A stretch of DNA of 64,000 nt from Macrostomum lignano (taxonomy: Eukaryota). The DNA is taken from positions 89,560-153,559 of the forward strand of contig NIVC01003052.1 of assembly GCA_002269645.1 (NCBI GenBank). Reading direction: 5' to 3'. Shown here piece by piece: positions 48,216 to 60,149 of the stretch. Every line of letters starts with the position of its first letter. Positions within the stretch are counted from its first letter, which is position 1. Below the pieces are notes generated by a model that ran no database searches, was not told the DNA's origin, and saw nothing but the letters and a program-made list of their open reading frames with translations. The position numbers were made by a program, and so were the translations under genes.

Positions 48216-49940
48216 TCTCTACATATAAAAATCAAAACTCTGTCTGTCTGTCTGTCTGTCTGTCTGTGGACAAATTACTTCGCTATGGACTCCCACTCCC
48301 AAACCACTCAACCAAATTACACCAAACTTTACACCCACCCTAAACTTACTACGGAGAATGTCTTAGGCTACCTTAAAATTTCCTAAATTTGAGTCTTCCT
48401 ACCTAAAAGTACTAAAAACTGCTCAAAATGCGCGATTTTTTCACTTAATCCTCCATAGCGCCGCTCCACTTCTACCGATCCTCTTCAAATTTGACACAAT
48501 CAATTTTCAACTATTTTGACACAATCGTGTAAAATTTCGAGTCTCAAAGTTAATCCTGAACGGCGCTGTGAACTTTTAAAGTTTGGCTGTTTTTTTCAGC
48601 GAGACAGCCACCCCAACCTCCGCCCGCCTGCCTTTCTTTCTTTCTTGGATGAGGAAGATAGCAATCGATAAGACTAGCATAGTTGTCTGTGGTACAAAAA
48701 GCGATACGATGCAATCCTGATTCCTGAATTAGTCGCACAAAATAGAATTTGTAACACTAAGTCCTATTTAAAGGCACTTTAAAATTCAAATGCCCCCAAA
48801 GAAAAGCGCATTGGGTCGTTTCACTGCTGCAGCTAGACGATGGAGATCTACAAGGCAAAGCAATGCGGCTGAAGCAGGAACATCACATAGCACAGAGGAA
48901 GCAGACAACACAGGTAGCTCTGCCCAGGCCAGATCGAGTGCAAGTGCCTTAGGAGAACAAGCCCAGAAAAGAAGCCTTCGACCACCGACAAGATCATCGA
49001 CATCAGCAGCCGGCGCCAGCACTTCCGATGGAACTGGAAGTACACAGGTTCCTCTCAGGGCTGCAAATTGGGAAGAAAGACGACGTGAACAAAAAAGACA
49101 GCAAACAGCCGAGGCACGACGCAATGAAACGACTGTCCAGACTCAGCAACGACAGGAGCGGGACAGAGATCAGACCGCAGAGGCACGACGCAATGAAACG
49201 ACTGTCCAGACTCAGCAACGACAGGAGCGGGACAGAGATCAGACCGCAGAGGCACGACGCAATGAAACGACTGTCCAGACTCAGCAACGACAGGAGCGGG
49301 ACAGAGATCAGACCGCAGAGGCACGACGCAATGAAACGACTGTCCAGACTCAGCAACGACAGGAGCGGGACAGAGATCAGTGTTTAGGTCTAGAAGAAAA
49401 GAACTAGAAGATTGATTTGCAAAGAAAGTTGGCAGAATAAAGCTTGGTACTTCTACTGTTAATTTGCAGTTTGAATACTAAAATGTTTTTTATCACTCCC
49501 CAAATATGTTATTGTTCCTTATCGGTTTTGCTGTTGTCCTGCATATTCACTCTGCTTAGTTTCTCTAGAATAGCCTACTTAAACAGTACAATTACTTTTC
49601 TTTTTTTACTTAGTCTTAGACAGCAACTGCTGTACAGCTTTTTTTTGTTATGCTTGAAAGCTACGTATTAATCCCATCTCCTTTACTTAAAAATATTCAG
49701 ACAGATTCTATACTGTCCTAATGCTGTAAGCGTTTGTGTAGTCTTAGTTTCTATTCTGTTCTGCTTTATTCTATTCTAGAAATATACTTTTTAATACACA
49801 TTTATATCAAGTTTCGTTCACACCTCTATCCAACTATTAACAAGTTTTGAGTATGACTTTGGATTTTAAAATACATGCAAAAATGGTTCCGGGGATTTGA
49901 ATTCCCCGGGTTCAAAATCCGCGGGTTTCAACAGCTTTTG
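48216..49940 (+). mobile_element. Truncated Helitron with an N-terminal ORF (48790-49407)
   Basis: 5' end A|TCtctacatataaaaatcaaaac followed by (GTCT)n. ORF MPPKKSALGRFTAAARR... with four 22-aa EARRNETTVQTQQRQERDRDQT repeats, resembling Helitron N-termini. A degenerate 3' end ccgcgggtttcaacagct lies near 49920-49937. Confidence 0.6.
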
Positions 49941-50189
49941 AACCCTGAAAACAGTTTTATATAGTAAATCGTTGTTGTTAATGTTAGTCAAATTAATAAA
50001 GAATAAAATCTAAGGAATCAGTTTATAATATACCTATATCTTTAAATTTATTTTAAAGCCACTACATGTGTAATAAAAATAAATTATCTTATTTTTCATT
50101 TCCTGGGCATTTGTTAACATTTTTAATAAAGAAAAACATGTTCATTTAGTAATAATTCTAGTGGATCCTACCAAAGTGGCTAAGAAGAA

Positions 50190-50869
50190 ATGAACTTTTC
50201 ACAGTCTCAGCAAAGTGTGGCATCAGATCCAGTCTTCCAAGCCAAGGTGAGGCTTAGCACTGATGCCTTAAACAAAGAAGACTTCAAAAAAGCAGTTCAG
50301 GTAAGTTCTTTTTTAGATATGACATTTCTGTTGCTTCATTGTAATAAACCTCTTTATTATAGACATTTTCAAATAGCACTTCCTTACCCTTACCGTAATG
50401 CACCTTAAACACTTAAATAATCAAAATTCACTACTTCTATTCCTGAAGTACATCGACGAAGCCCTGGAGATGGAGCCAAACAATCACGTGCTGCTTAGCA
50501 ACCGCTGCGCGGCCAGACTCAAACTGGGGGAGTTCGGACTGGCCCTGCAGGATGCCAGGAAGTGCCGGACTCTGGCGCCTGACTGGCCCAAGGTAAGCCT
50601 GTCTGTCTGTCTTCCTGTCTGTCTGCTTGTCTGTCTGCCTGTCTGTCTTTCTGACTCTATCTGTCTGCCTGTCTGTCTTTCTGACTCTGTCTGTCTTTCT
50701 GACTCTGTCTGTCTGTCTGTCTGCCTGTCTGTCTTTCTGACTCTGTATGTCTGTCTGTCTGTCTGTCTGCCTGCCTGTCTGTCTGTCTGTCTGTCTGTCT
50801 GCCTGCCTGTCTGCCTGTCTGTCTTTCTGACTCTGTCTGTCTGTCTGTCTGTCTGTCTTTCTTTCTGAC

Positions 50870-50904
<35 letters not shown>

Positions 50905-51015
50905 GCCTGTCTGTCTTTCTGACTCTATCTGTCTGCCTGTCTGTCTGTCTGTCTGCCTGTCTGTCTGCCTGTCTGTCTTTCTGATTCTATCTGTCTGCCT
51001 GTCTGTCTTTCTGAC

Positions 51016-51054
<39 letters not shown>

Positions 51055-51102
51055 GTCTGTCTGTCTGTCTTTCTGACTATGTATGTCTGTCTGTCTGCCT
51101 GC

Positions 51103-51133
<31 letters not shown>

Positions 51134-53838
51134 CCTGGATGTGTCTGTGTATCCACCTGTCTTTCTACCTGTCTGTGTGTCTGTCTGTGTCTGTCTGTCT
51201 GCCTTAACGCCTGTCTGTCTGTCTGTCTATTGACTATAAAATCATTCTGTCTCTCCACGGACCTACTTGGAGCCGTACCCAGTTCTTACACTATTATTAG
51301 GCTAGCTGAAAATTCACACATTTTTAATGTTGCTCTTTGCGCAGTCTCTGTGAAGTTTTACTAGTATAGTTTTTTATTCTTTATGGCTTTACGTCGGCAG
51401 TCTTGCATAGTTTTATTTTACGCAATTCAAGCTTTGAATTTACTCGCCTCAGATGGCATATTTGTCATAATGCTCGGGTCGCTTATTTGAATGTGCTCAT
51501 TTTTCGTACGCTTCATCATTCTAAGCTGTTCAAGTTGAAGCTCAATTTTATTGTTACCTCCAAACAGTGCCTGCTCTCTTCGAGAGGTCTCCCCTAATTG
51601 GTCTCTTGCTTCTTGAGCTTTCCACAAAAACTCGTAGTCTACGGCTAGAATCTAGAAGTGGATCTTCGATGTGGACAGGAAAAAAATGGAATACGGTTTT
51701 TGTTTGCCATTGTCTCTGTTCTGTCTGCCCGTTGAGTGCCTCTATTTGGTTAATAGAGTTTATGTATTAAGTAATGGTTTAGCTCTGTTTTGCTTTCGGC
51801 TTTGCTTTGAGTAAAGTATTAAGGCTTACTCTTTGAGAGCCTTGTATGGGCATATACACTGTATATCGTAAAGTAAGAATTTTAAAAACTGTACTCGTAG
51901 AATTGCCCTAAACTGTCTATAAACTATCCAGAGAATCGCCCATAGAATATCTGGAGAACCGCCCAGAATATCCGGAGAATCGCCCATAGAATATCTGGAG
52001 AATCGCCCAGAATATCCGGAGAATCACCCATAGAATATCTGGAGAATCGCCCAGAATATCCGGAGAATCACCCATAGAATATCTGGAGAATCGCCCAGAA
52101 TATCCGGAGAATCACCCATAGAATATCTGGAGAACCGCCCAGAATATCCGGAGAATCACCCATAGAATATCTGGAGAACCGCCCAGAATATCCGGAGAAT
52201 CACCCATAGACTATCTGGAGAATCGCCCATAAACTATTCGGAGAGTTGCCTATATCGTATCCGGAGAATCGCCTATAGAGTCTCTGGGGATTCGCCCATA
52301 GACTATCCAAAGAATCACCCATAGACTATCCAAAGAATCACTCATCAGACTATCTATAGAATCGCCCATAGAGCATCTGAAGAATTGCGCATAGAGTATC
52401 TGTAGATCGCCCATAGACTATTTGGAGAATCGCCCACAGACTCTCTGGAGAATCGTCCATAGACTCCAATGAATCGCCCATAGAATATCCGGAGAATCGC
52501 CCATAGAATATCCGGAGAATCGCCCATAGATAGACTATCCAGAGAATCGCCCATAGATAGACTCTCTGGAGAATCGCCCATAGACTCTCTGGAGAATCGT
52601 CCATAGACTCCAATGAATCGCCCATAGAATATCCGGAGAATCGGCCATAGATAGACTATCCAGAGAATCGCCCATAGATAGACTCTCTGGAGAATCGCCC
52701 ATAGACTCTCTGGAGAATCGTCCATAGACTCCAATGAATCGCCCATAGAATATCCGGAGAATCGGCCATAGATAGACTATCCGGAGAATTGCCCATAGAC
52801 TCTCTGGAGAATCGCCTATAGACTGTCTGGAGAATCTCGATAAAATATACCCAAGTCTCTGGAGAATCTCGATAAAATATACCCAAGTCTCTGGAGAATA
52901 TGTACTCGTAATAAAATATCGTTAAAGTTCTGTTTGGAATCAACCCAGAAAGTTCTAAGTCGAAATAAAGGCAGCAAAGCATTTAGCTAGTCGAATATTA
53001 TGAACTAGAATAATAGCAACTCGTATTTTTCTAAGGCTTCTGTCCTGAAAAGCGGCAATATTTCATTTAAGCTTTGATTATTATTGACAGGTAAAAAACG
53101 TTTTGTTAAGTGCTTTTCTAAGTTAAAAATTGACTAATTAAAGCCGCTTATTTCTGTCCAAAAGCACTCCCAATCCAAGGTTAGATCTTTTTCCACCCAT
53201 ACATAATTTTAGAACTTAGCAAAGCACTTGACGGAGTCTGTCAGATCTGGCTATCAGTCATTTTCTTTCCTATTAATTGCGCAGCGCTCTCTTTTTTCTA
53301 AAAATCCTTAATAGACTACTGGTACTGCTCCTGCAGTAGTGTGGTTAAGATTTTTTCGTGCAAAATTTGTCTATAAAACATATAAAACACGTATGTGCGG
53401 ATTACCTTAATTTCTATCCAGCAAAGCAATTTGCTTATGCGATTTTGAAAAAAAATTGACTCTCACTTTCCCATGGCTGGGTATTAGCCATGCATGTCTT
53501 TTTTAGGTCAACGTTTACACTGTCTTAAAAGACTGCAAACCTCTCTAGTTCTCTACTATCTCTCGGGCAGTGTTTGCATTGTTGTAGTTTGGCACCGTTA
53601 GTTCTTATGCTAGCTGAATAGCTGTGAACTGGTGACTCTTGAGAGCTGCCTTTTTTGCGCAGTTCAACCACTTTACATGTTAAATTAGCATTGTGTTGTA
53701 TTTCCCTCTGTGTTCTAATGCCACTGCTGTGTATCTTGGGCTCATTATATTGGATTCTAGTGGATTCTATCTGTCTATCTATCTATCTATCTATCTATCA
53801 TCTATCTATCTATCTATCTATCTATCTATTTTTCTATC

Positions 53839-53869
<31 letters not shown>

Positions 53870-53932
53870 ATCTATCTATCTATCTATCTATCCATTTATC
53901 TATCTATCTATCTATCTATCTATCTGTCTATC

Positions 53933-53968
<36 letters not shown>

Positions 53969-54010
53969 GTCTATCTATCTATCTATTTTTCTATCATCTA
54001 TCTATCTATC

Positions 54011-54041
<31 letters not shown>

Positions 54042-54058
54042 CTATCTATCTGTCTATC

Positions 54059-54098
<40 letters not shown>

Positions 54099-54375
54099 GT
54101 CTATCTATCTATCTATCTATTTTTCTATCTGTAACAAAGTCTGTGTGGCTTGCAGAGAGAAAAAACTTCTTAGAGCTGGCCAAGCCTAGCTCTCTCAATA
54201 AATACCAGTTTATTTTCCAGCCTGACTAGGCTGACCAATCAGCCGCTACCTCTGGTGTGCTCGCGCTCCAGAGTATGCACATGCGCGAGTACAATCCGAG
54301 AGAGAGAGAGAGAGAGAGAGACAGCCCCCCATCTCCCACTCTGCACAGAAAGCGAAACGCAGTCACCACACTATC

Positions 54376-54449
<74 letters not shown>

Positions 54450-54480
54450 ATCTATCTATCTATCTATCTATTTTTCTATC

Positions 54481-54511
<31 letters not shown>

Positions 54512-54574
54512 ATCTATCTATCTATCTATCTATCCATTTATCTATCTATCTATCTATCTATCTATCTGTCTATC

Positions 54575-54610
<36 letters not shown>

Positions 54611-54652
54611 GTCTATCTATCTATCTATTTTTCTATCATCTATCTATCTATC

Positions 54653-54683
<31 letters not shown>

Positions 54684-54700
54684 CTATCTATCTGTCTATC

Positions 54701-54740
<40 letters not shown>

Positions 54741-57700
54741 GTCTATCTATCTATCTATCTATTTTTCTATCTGTAACAAAGTCTGTGTGGCTTGCAGAGA
54801 GAAAAAACTTCTTAGAGCTGGCCAAGCCTAGCTCTCTCAATAAATACCAGTTTATTTTCCAGCCTGACTAGGCTGACCAATCAGCCGCTACCTCTGGTGT
54901 GCTCGCGCTCCAGAGTATGCACATGCGCGAGTACAATCCGAGAGAGAGAGAGAGAGAGAGAGACAGCCCCCCCCATCTCCCACTCTGCACAGAAAGCGAA
55001 ACGCAGTCACCACATCCCTCCACACGTAGATGAAAAAAGAAAAAAAACAGCAACAAAAAATAAACAAAAAAAGAGAAAAGAAAATACTTCCCAGCACCAC
55101 GACAACAATAACAGAAACAAAAAAAATCGAAGACCACCGAAAGCTGTAAACAAAAAAAAAGGTCTGTCAGGGAAAAAACAAAAAAAAACGTTCACTTGTA
55201 CGTCAACCTGTCCGGGCATTTTCGGTTCCTCTGCGAACGCCGTGCCTGAGGAGTCGGAGGAAGCGGCGGCTGCGTGGGCGGCGGCGGCGCGGTCGGTGGC
55301 TGTGTGGGCGGCGGCGGCGTGGGCGGCAGCAGCGGCGGAACTTCTGCCTCAGCCGATTCGTAGCGCAGCTCGTCATTAATTGGCAGTTCCGTGCTTCCTG
55401 AGGTCAGCGGTTCGACGCCTGCAGAGGCTACATGGTCGGCGTGGCGGCGTACAATGCGATCATCAGGCAGCCGGCACTCGTAGGACAAAGGTGCTGTTTG
55501 TCGGCTGATGCTGGCCGGCAGCCACTTCTGCTGACCCGTGAAATCCCGCACTACGACGTCGTCGCCTTCCTCGAAGGACCTCGCTCTGGCGCGCCTGTCG
55601 TGTTGTAGCTTCTGTGCCTCCTGTCGTCGCGTGACCGCAGCCGAGACGTCCGGACGTACCAGATCCAGCAGTGTTCGCAGAGGCCGGCCCATCATCAGCT
55701 GGCTCGGCGGAACGCCAGTCGTGCTGTGCGGAGTCACCCGGTAGGTCAGCAGGAACCGAGCGAGCCGAGTCTGCAGAGCCGCCGGCTGTCCCTTTGCCAG
55801 AGCCGCCTTCACCGTTTGTACCGCGCGTTCCGCCAGGCCGTTGGACGCCGGATGATAGGGCGACACCTTGACATGCCGGATGCCATTGCTGCTCATGAAG
55901 CTCTCCATCTCTTGACTCACGAAGTTGGGCCCGTTGTCCGTCACCACGACCTCCGGCAGGCCCAGCTGGCTGAAAGTCCGCCGGAGCCGATCGATTGTAG
56001 CGGAGCTGGTCGCGGACTGGCAGATGTGCACCTCGATCCACTTGGAATGCGCGTCGACCAGAATCAGCAGCATCTTGCCTTCGAACGGTCCAGCGTAATC
56101 CATGTGGACCCTTGACCACGGTCTGTCAGGCCAGGGCCAGGGCTGCAGCGGCGCTGGAGGTGGGCTGTGCTGATGCAGTTTGCACTGCCGGCAGTGCTGC
56201 GAGAGCCGCTCGATGTCTCCGTCCATTCCCGGCCACCAAAAATAGTTCCTGGCCAGCGACTTCAGCTTGGACGCTCCTAGGTGACTTTGGTGCAGACACT
56301 CGAGCAACGCCAGGCGTCCCTGAACCGGCACCACCACTCTGGTGCCCCACAGCAGGCAGCCGTCCTCCACGCTAAGTTCCGCAGCTCGAGACGCAAACGG
56401 CCGCAGATCTTCGCTCCCTCGCCGATCCTCCGGCCAGCCTTCTTGCACGAACCTGAGCACTCGACCGAGTAGCGGGTCTCGCCGTGTCCAGCAGCGAACT
56501 TGAGCCGCAGTCACTGGGCCCTCGTTGAATGAGTCGATCAGCAGTACCACCTCAGCCGGCGCCGGCGCCTCCGCTGGCTTGGACGGCAGCGGCAACCGGC
56601 TCAGTGCATCCGCCCGCAGCAGGGTGGCGCCCTTGCGGTAATGCAGTCGATAGGAGTAGCTGGACAGCAGCAGAGCCCAGCGCTGAATCCTGGCAGATGC
56701 TAGTGGCGGAATGGCCTTGTTCTCGTGAAGCAGTCCTAGAAGCGGCTTGTGGTCACTCTTCAGCTGGAAGTTCCGGCCGTACAGATAGGTGTGGAATCGC
56801 TTGACGCCGAAAACAACTGCCAAGGCCTCCTTCTCCGTCTGGGAGTAGTTCTTCTCCGCATCGGCCAGAGTGCGGGACGCAAACGCGATGGGCCGCTCCA
56901 CGCCATCTATCAGGTGGCAGATGACCGCGCCGAGACCGTAGGGCGAGCTGTCGCACTCCAGGATGACCTCTTTACCGGGGTCGAAATGCACTAGCGTCTG
57001 AGAGCTCAGCAGGAGCTCCTTGCAGCGGTGAAACGCACTCTCTTGCGGGCTGTTCCATTGCCAGGCAGCGCCCTTGTCCAATAGGCGGTGCAGCGGAGCG
57101 AGCCAGCTGGACAGGTTCGGCAGGAATCGTCCATAATAATTTATGAGGCCCAGGAAGCTGCGGAGTTGGGTGACGTCCTGGGGAGCTGGCGCCTCAACGA
57201 TCGCGCTGACCTTGCTTTCCAGCGGGTGGAGACCGCCGGCGTCGATTCGGTGGCCCAGGTAACTCACGGACTCCTGCATGAACCGGCACTTGTCAGCTCG
57301 GCACTTCAGCCCAGCATCTTGTAGGCGCTGCAAAACGGCTTCCAGGTTCTCCAGGTGCTTCGCGTCATCAGTTCCTGTCACCAGCAGATCGTCGATAAAA
57401 GTCGCCGTGTGCGGTCTTCCTTGAAGCAAGCCGTCCATTGTCCTCTGAAACATGCCGACTGCCGGTGAGATGCCGAACGGCAACCTGGTGTACCTGAGCA
57501 ACCCTTTGGAGGTGTTGATGGTGCACAGACGCTGTGATTCCGAGTCCAGTGGCAGTTGCTGATACGCCTGACTGAGGTCTAGCTTGGTGAATTTCTGGCC
57601 TCCTGTTAGCTTTGCGAACAATTCTTCAATTCTGGGCAGCGGGTAGGAGTCCTGCACAACGTCTTGGTTCACCGTGCGCTTGAAATCCGCGCAGATTCTG

Positions 57701-59417
57701 ACGGATCCATCCGCCTTGAGCACCGGCACGATAGGAGACGCGTACTCGGAGTTAGAGACAGGCTGCAGAACGCCTTGCTCGATCTCCCGGTCCAGCTGCT
57801 CCTCCACCTTGGACTTCAAAGCGAACGGCACCGTCCGAGCTTTGAAAAATTTGGGCTGTGCACCTGGTTTCGTCCGCAATTTCAGTGGTTCGCCTGTGTA
57901 GCAACCGAGTCCGTCCGAAAATACTGCGCTGTACTTTTGCAGCAGCTGCTCCACCTGCTGATTTCCCTGAGCCGGCAGTTCTCGCTCTCGCAGCTCCTTG
58001 ATGCTTCTCCAGTCCATGGTTAGTTCAGACAGCCAGTTCCGTCCGATCAAGCTGGAGCCGCTTCCTGAGACCACCACCAGAGGCAGCAGTTTCTTTTCAT
58101 TTCCTGGAATCTCCACAGTGACGCTCAACTGTCCCAGCACGTTGACAGGTTGGCCGCCGTAGTTCCGCAGCCGAATCGTGGTCCCACCGAGCTTAGGGAT
58201 ACCTCCGAGAAGATCCTGGTAGACTTTGGCTGAGATCAACGACACCGCGGCGCCCGTGTCTATCTCCATCTGGCAGGACACGCCGTTGATCAGTACCTTG
58301 GTCAAGTAGGGTGGCACCTTGGCTGCAACGCTGGGCACGGTGTTAAGGGAGCTGCAGTCCTCGTCTTCTGCTTCTTGCACGGCGCCCACGCGGGGCTTGG
58401 AGTCCGCACCCGATACTCCGGCGCCTCTACGGCAAGCAGCTGCGGTGTGCCCGAGCTTGCCGCACTTGAAGCATGCCTTCTTGATGAACGGGCACTTGTC
58501 CGCCAGATGTCGAGTCGACAAGCACCGGAAACACTTCTGTGGGGCTCGACCAGATCCGGTCGCCTTGGCCTGGTCGACTCGATCGACTGAAGCAGCCGCC
58601 GCAGGGCCAGCCACCTCCTGTGAGCTCCTGACGACCGTGCAGCCTTTTTCCGCCAGCTCCACCGCTTGAGCGATCTTCAGCGCCTTCTCGAGATCCAGCT
58701 CCGGCTCCGACAGCAGTCTGCGCTGGATCCGATCGTCCTGGATGCCGAGCACCAGCCGATCCCTGAGCATCGACTCCAAGCTGTTTCCGAACTTGCAGTC
58801 CACGGCCAGACGCCGCAAACTGGCCAGGAAATCCGCCACTGACTCGGTGCTGGCCCGCACGCGCTGATAGAAATGAAAACGCTGCACAATTTCAGAAGGC
58901 TCCGGCTTCCAGTGCTCCTTTAGTTTTTGGCAAATGTCTGCGTAGCTCGTCTCCGATGGCTTCCTCGGGGCCAGCAGGCTGCAAATCAGCTTGAATGTCT
59001 CCTTGCCACAGACACTGAGGAAGACAGCTCGCTTTTTGTCTTCGGACTCTATGTCGCTTGCAATGAAAACTTGCTCCATTCTTTCCTTGTACTGCAGCCA
59101 GTCCTCATTTTCAGGCTCAAATGGACCGATGCTACACAGTAGGCCCGTGGCCATTAGTCACCTCGTCGCCACTGTAACAAAGTCTGTGTGGCTTGCAGAG
59201 AGAAAAAACTTCTTAGAGCTGGCCAAGCCTAGCTCTCTCAATAAATACCAGTTTATTTTCCAGCCTGACTAGGCTGACCAATCAGCCGCTACCTCTGGTG
59301 TGCTCGCGCTCCAGAGTATGCACATGCGCGAGTACAATCCGAGAGAGAGAGAGAGAGAGAGACAGCCCCCCCATCTCCCACTCTGCACAGAAAGCGAAAC
59401 GCAGTCACCACACTATC

Positions 59418-59483
<66 letters not shown>

Positions 59484-59518
59484 ATCTATCTATCTATTTA
59501 TCTATCTATTTTTCTATC

Positions 59519-59565
<47 letters not shown>

Positions 59566-59588
59566 ATCTATCTATCTATCTATCTATC

Positions 59589-59622
<34 letters not shown>

Positions 59623-59627
59623 TTATC

Positions 59628-59658
<31 letters not shown>

Positions 59659-59686
59659 CATATATCTATCTATCCATCTATCTATC

Positions 59687-59720
<34 letters not shown>

Positions 59721-59725
59721 TTATC

Positions 59726-59756
<31 letters not shown>

Positions 59757-59765
59757 CTATCTATC

Positions 59766-59812
<47 letters not shown>

Positions 59813-59839
59813 ATCTATCTATCTATCTATCTATCTATC

Positions 59840-59874
<35 letters not shown>

Positions 59875-59977
59875 ATCTATCTATCTATCTATCTATCTAT
59901 TTATCTATCTACCTATCTATCTATCTATCTATCTATCTATCATCTATCTATCATCTATCTATCTATCTATCTATCTG

Positions 59978-60035
<58 letters not shown>

Positions 60036-60094
60036 ATCTATCTATCTATCTATCTATCTATTTATCTATCTATCTATTTATCTATCTATCTATC

Positions 60095-60149
<55 letters not shown>

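Noticed and set aside
55463-59272. Small ORFs overlapping or antisense to gag-pol as accessory genes
   Set aside because: These are expected shadow ORFs of GC-rich coding sequence, with no independent motifs.
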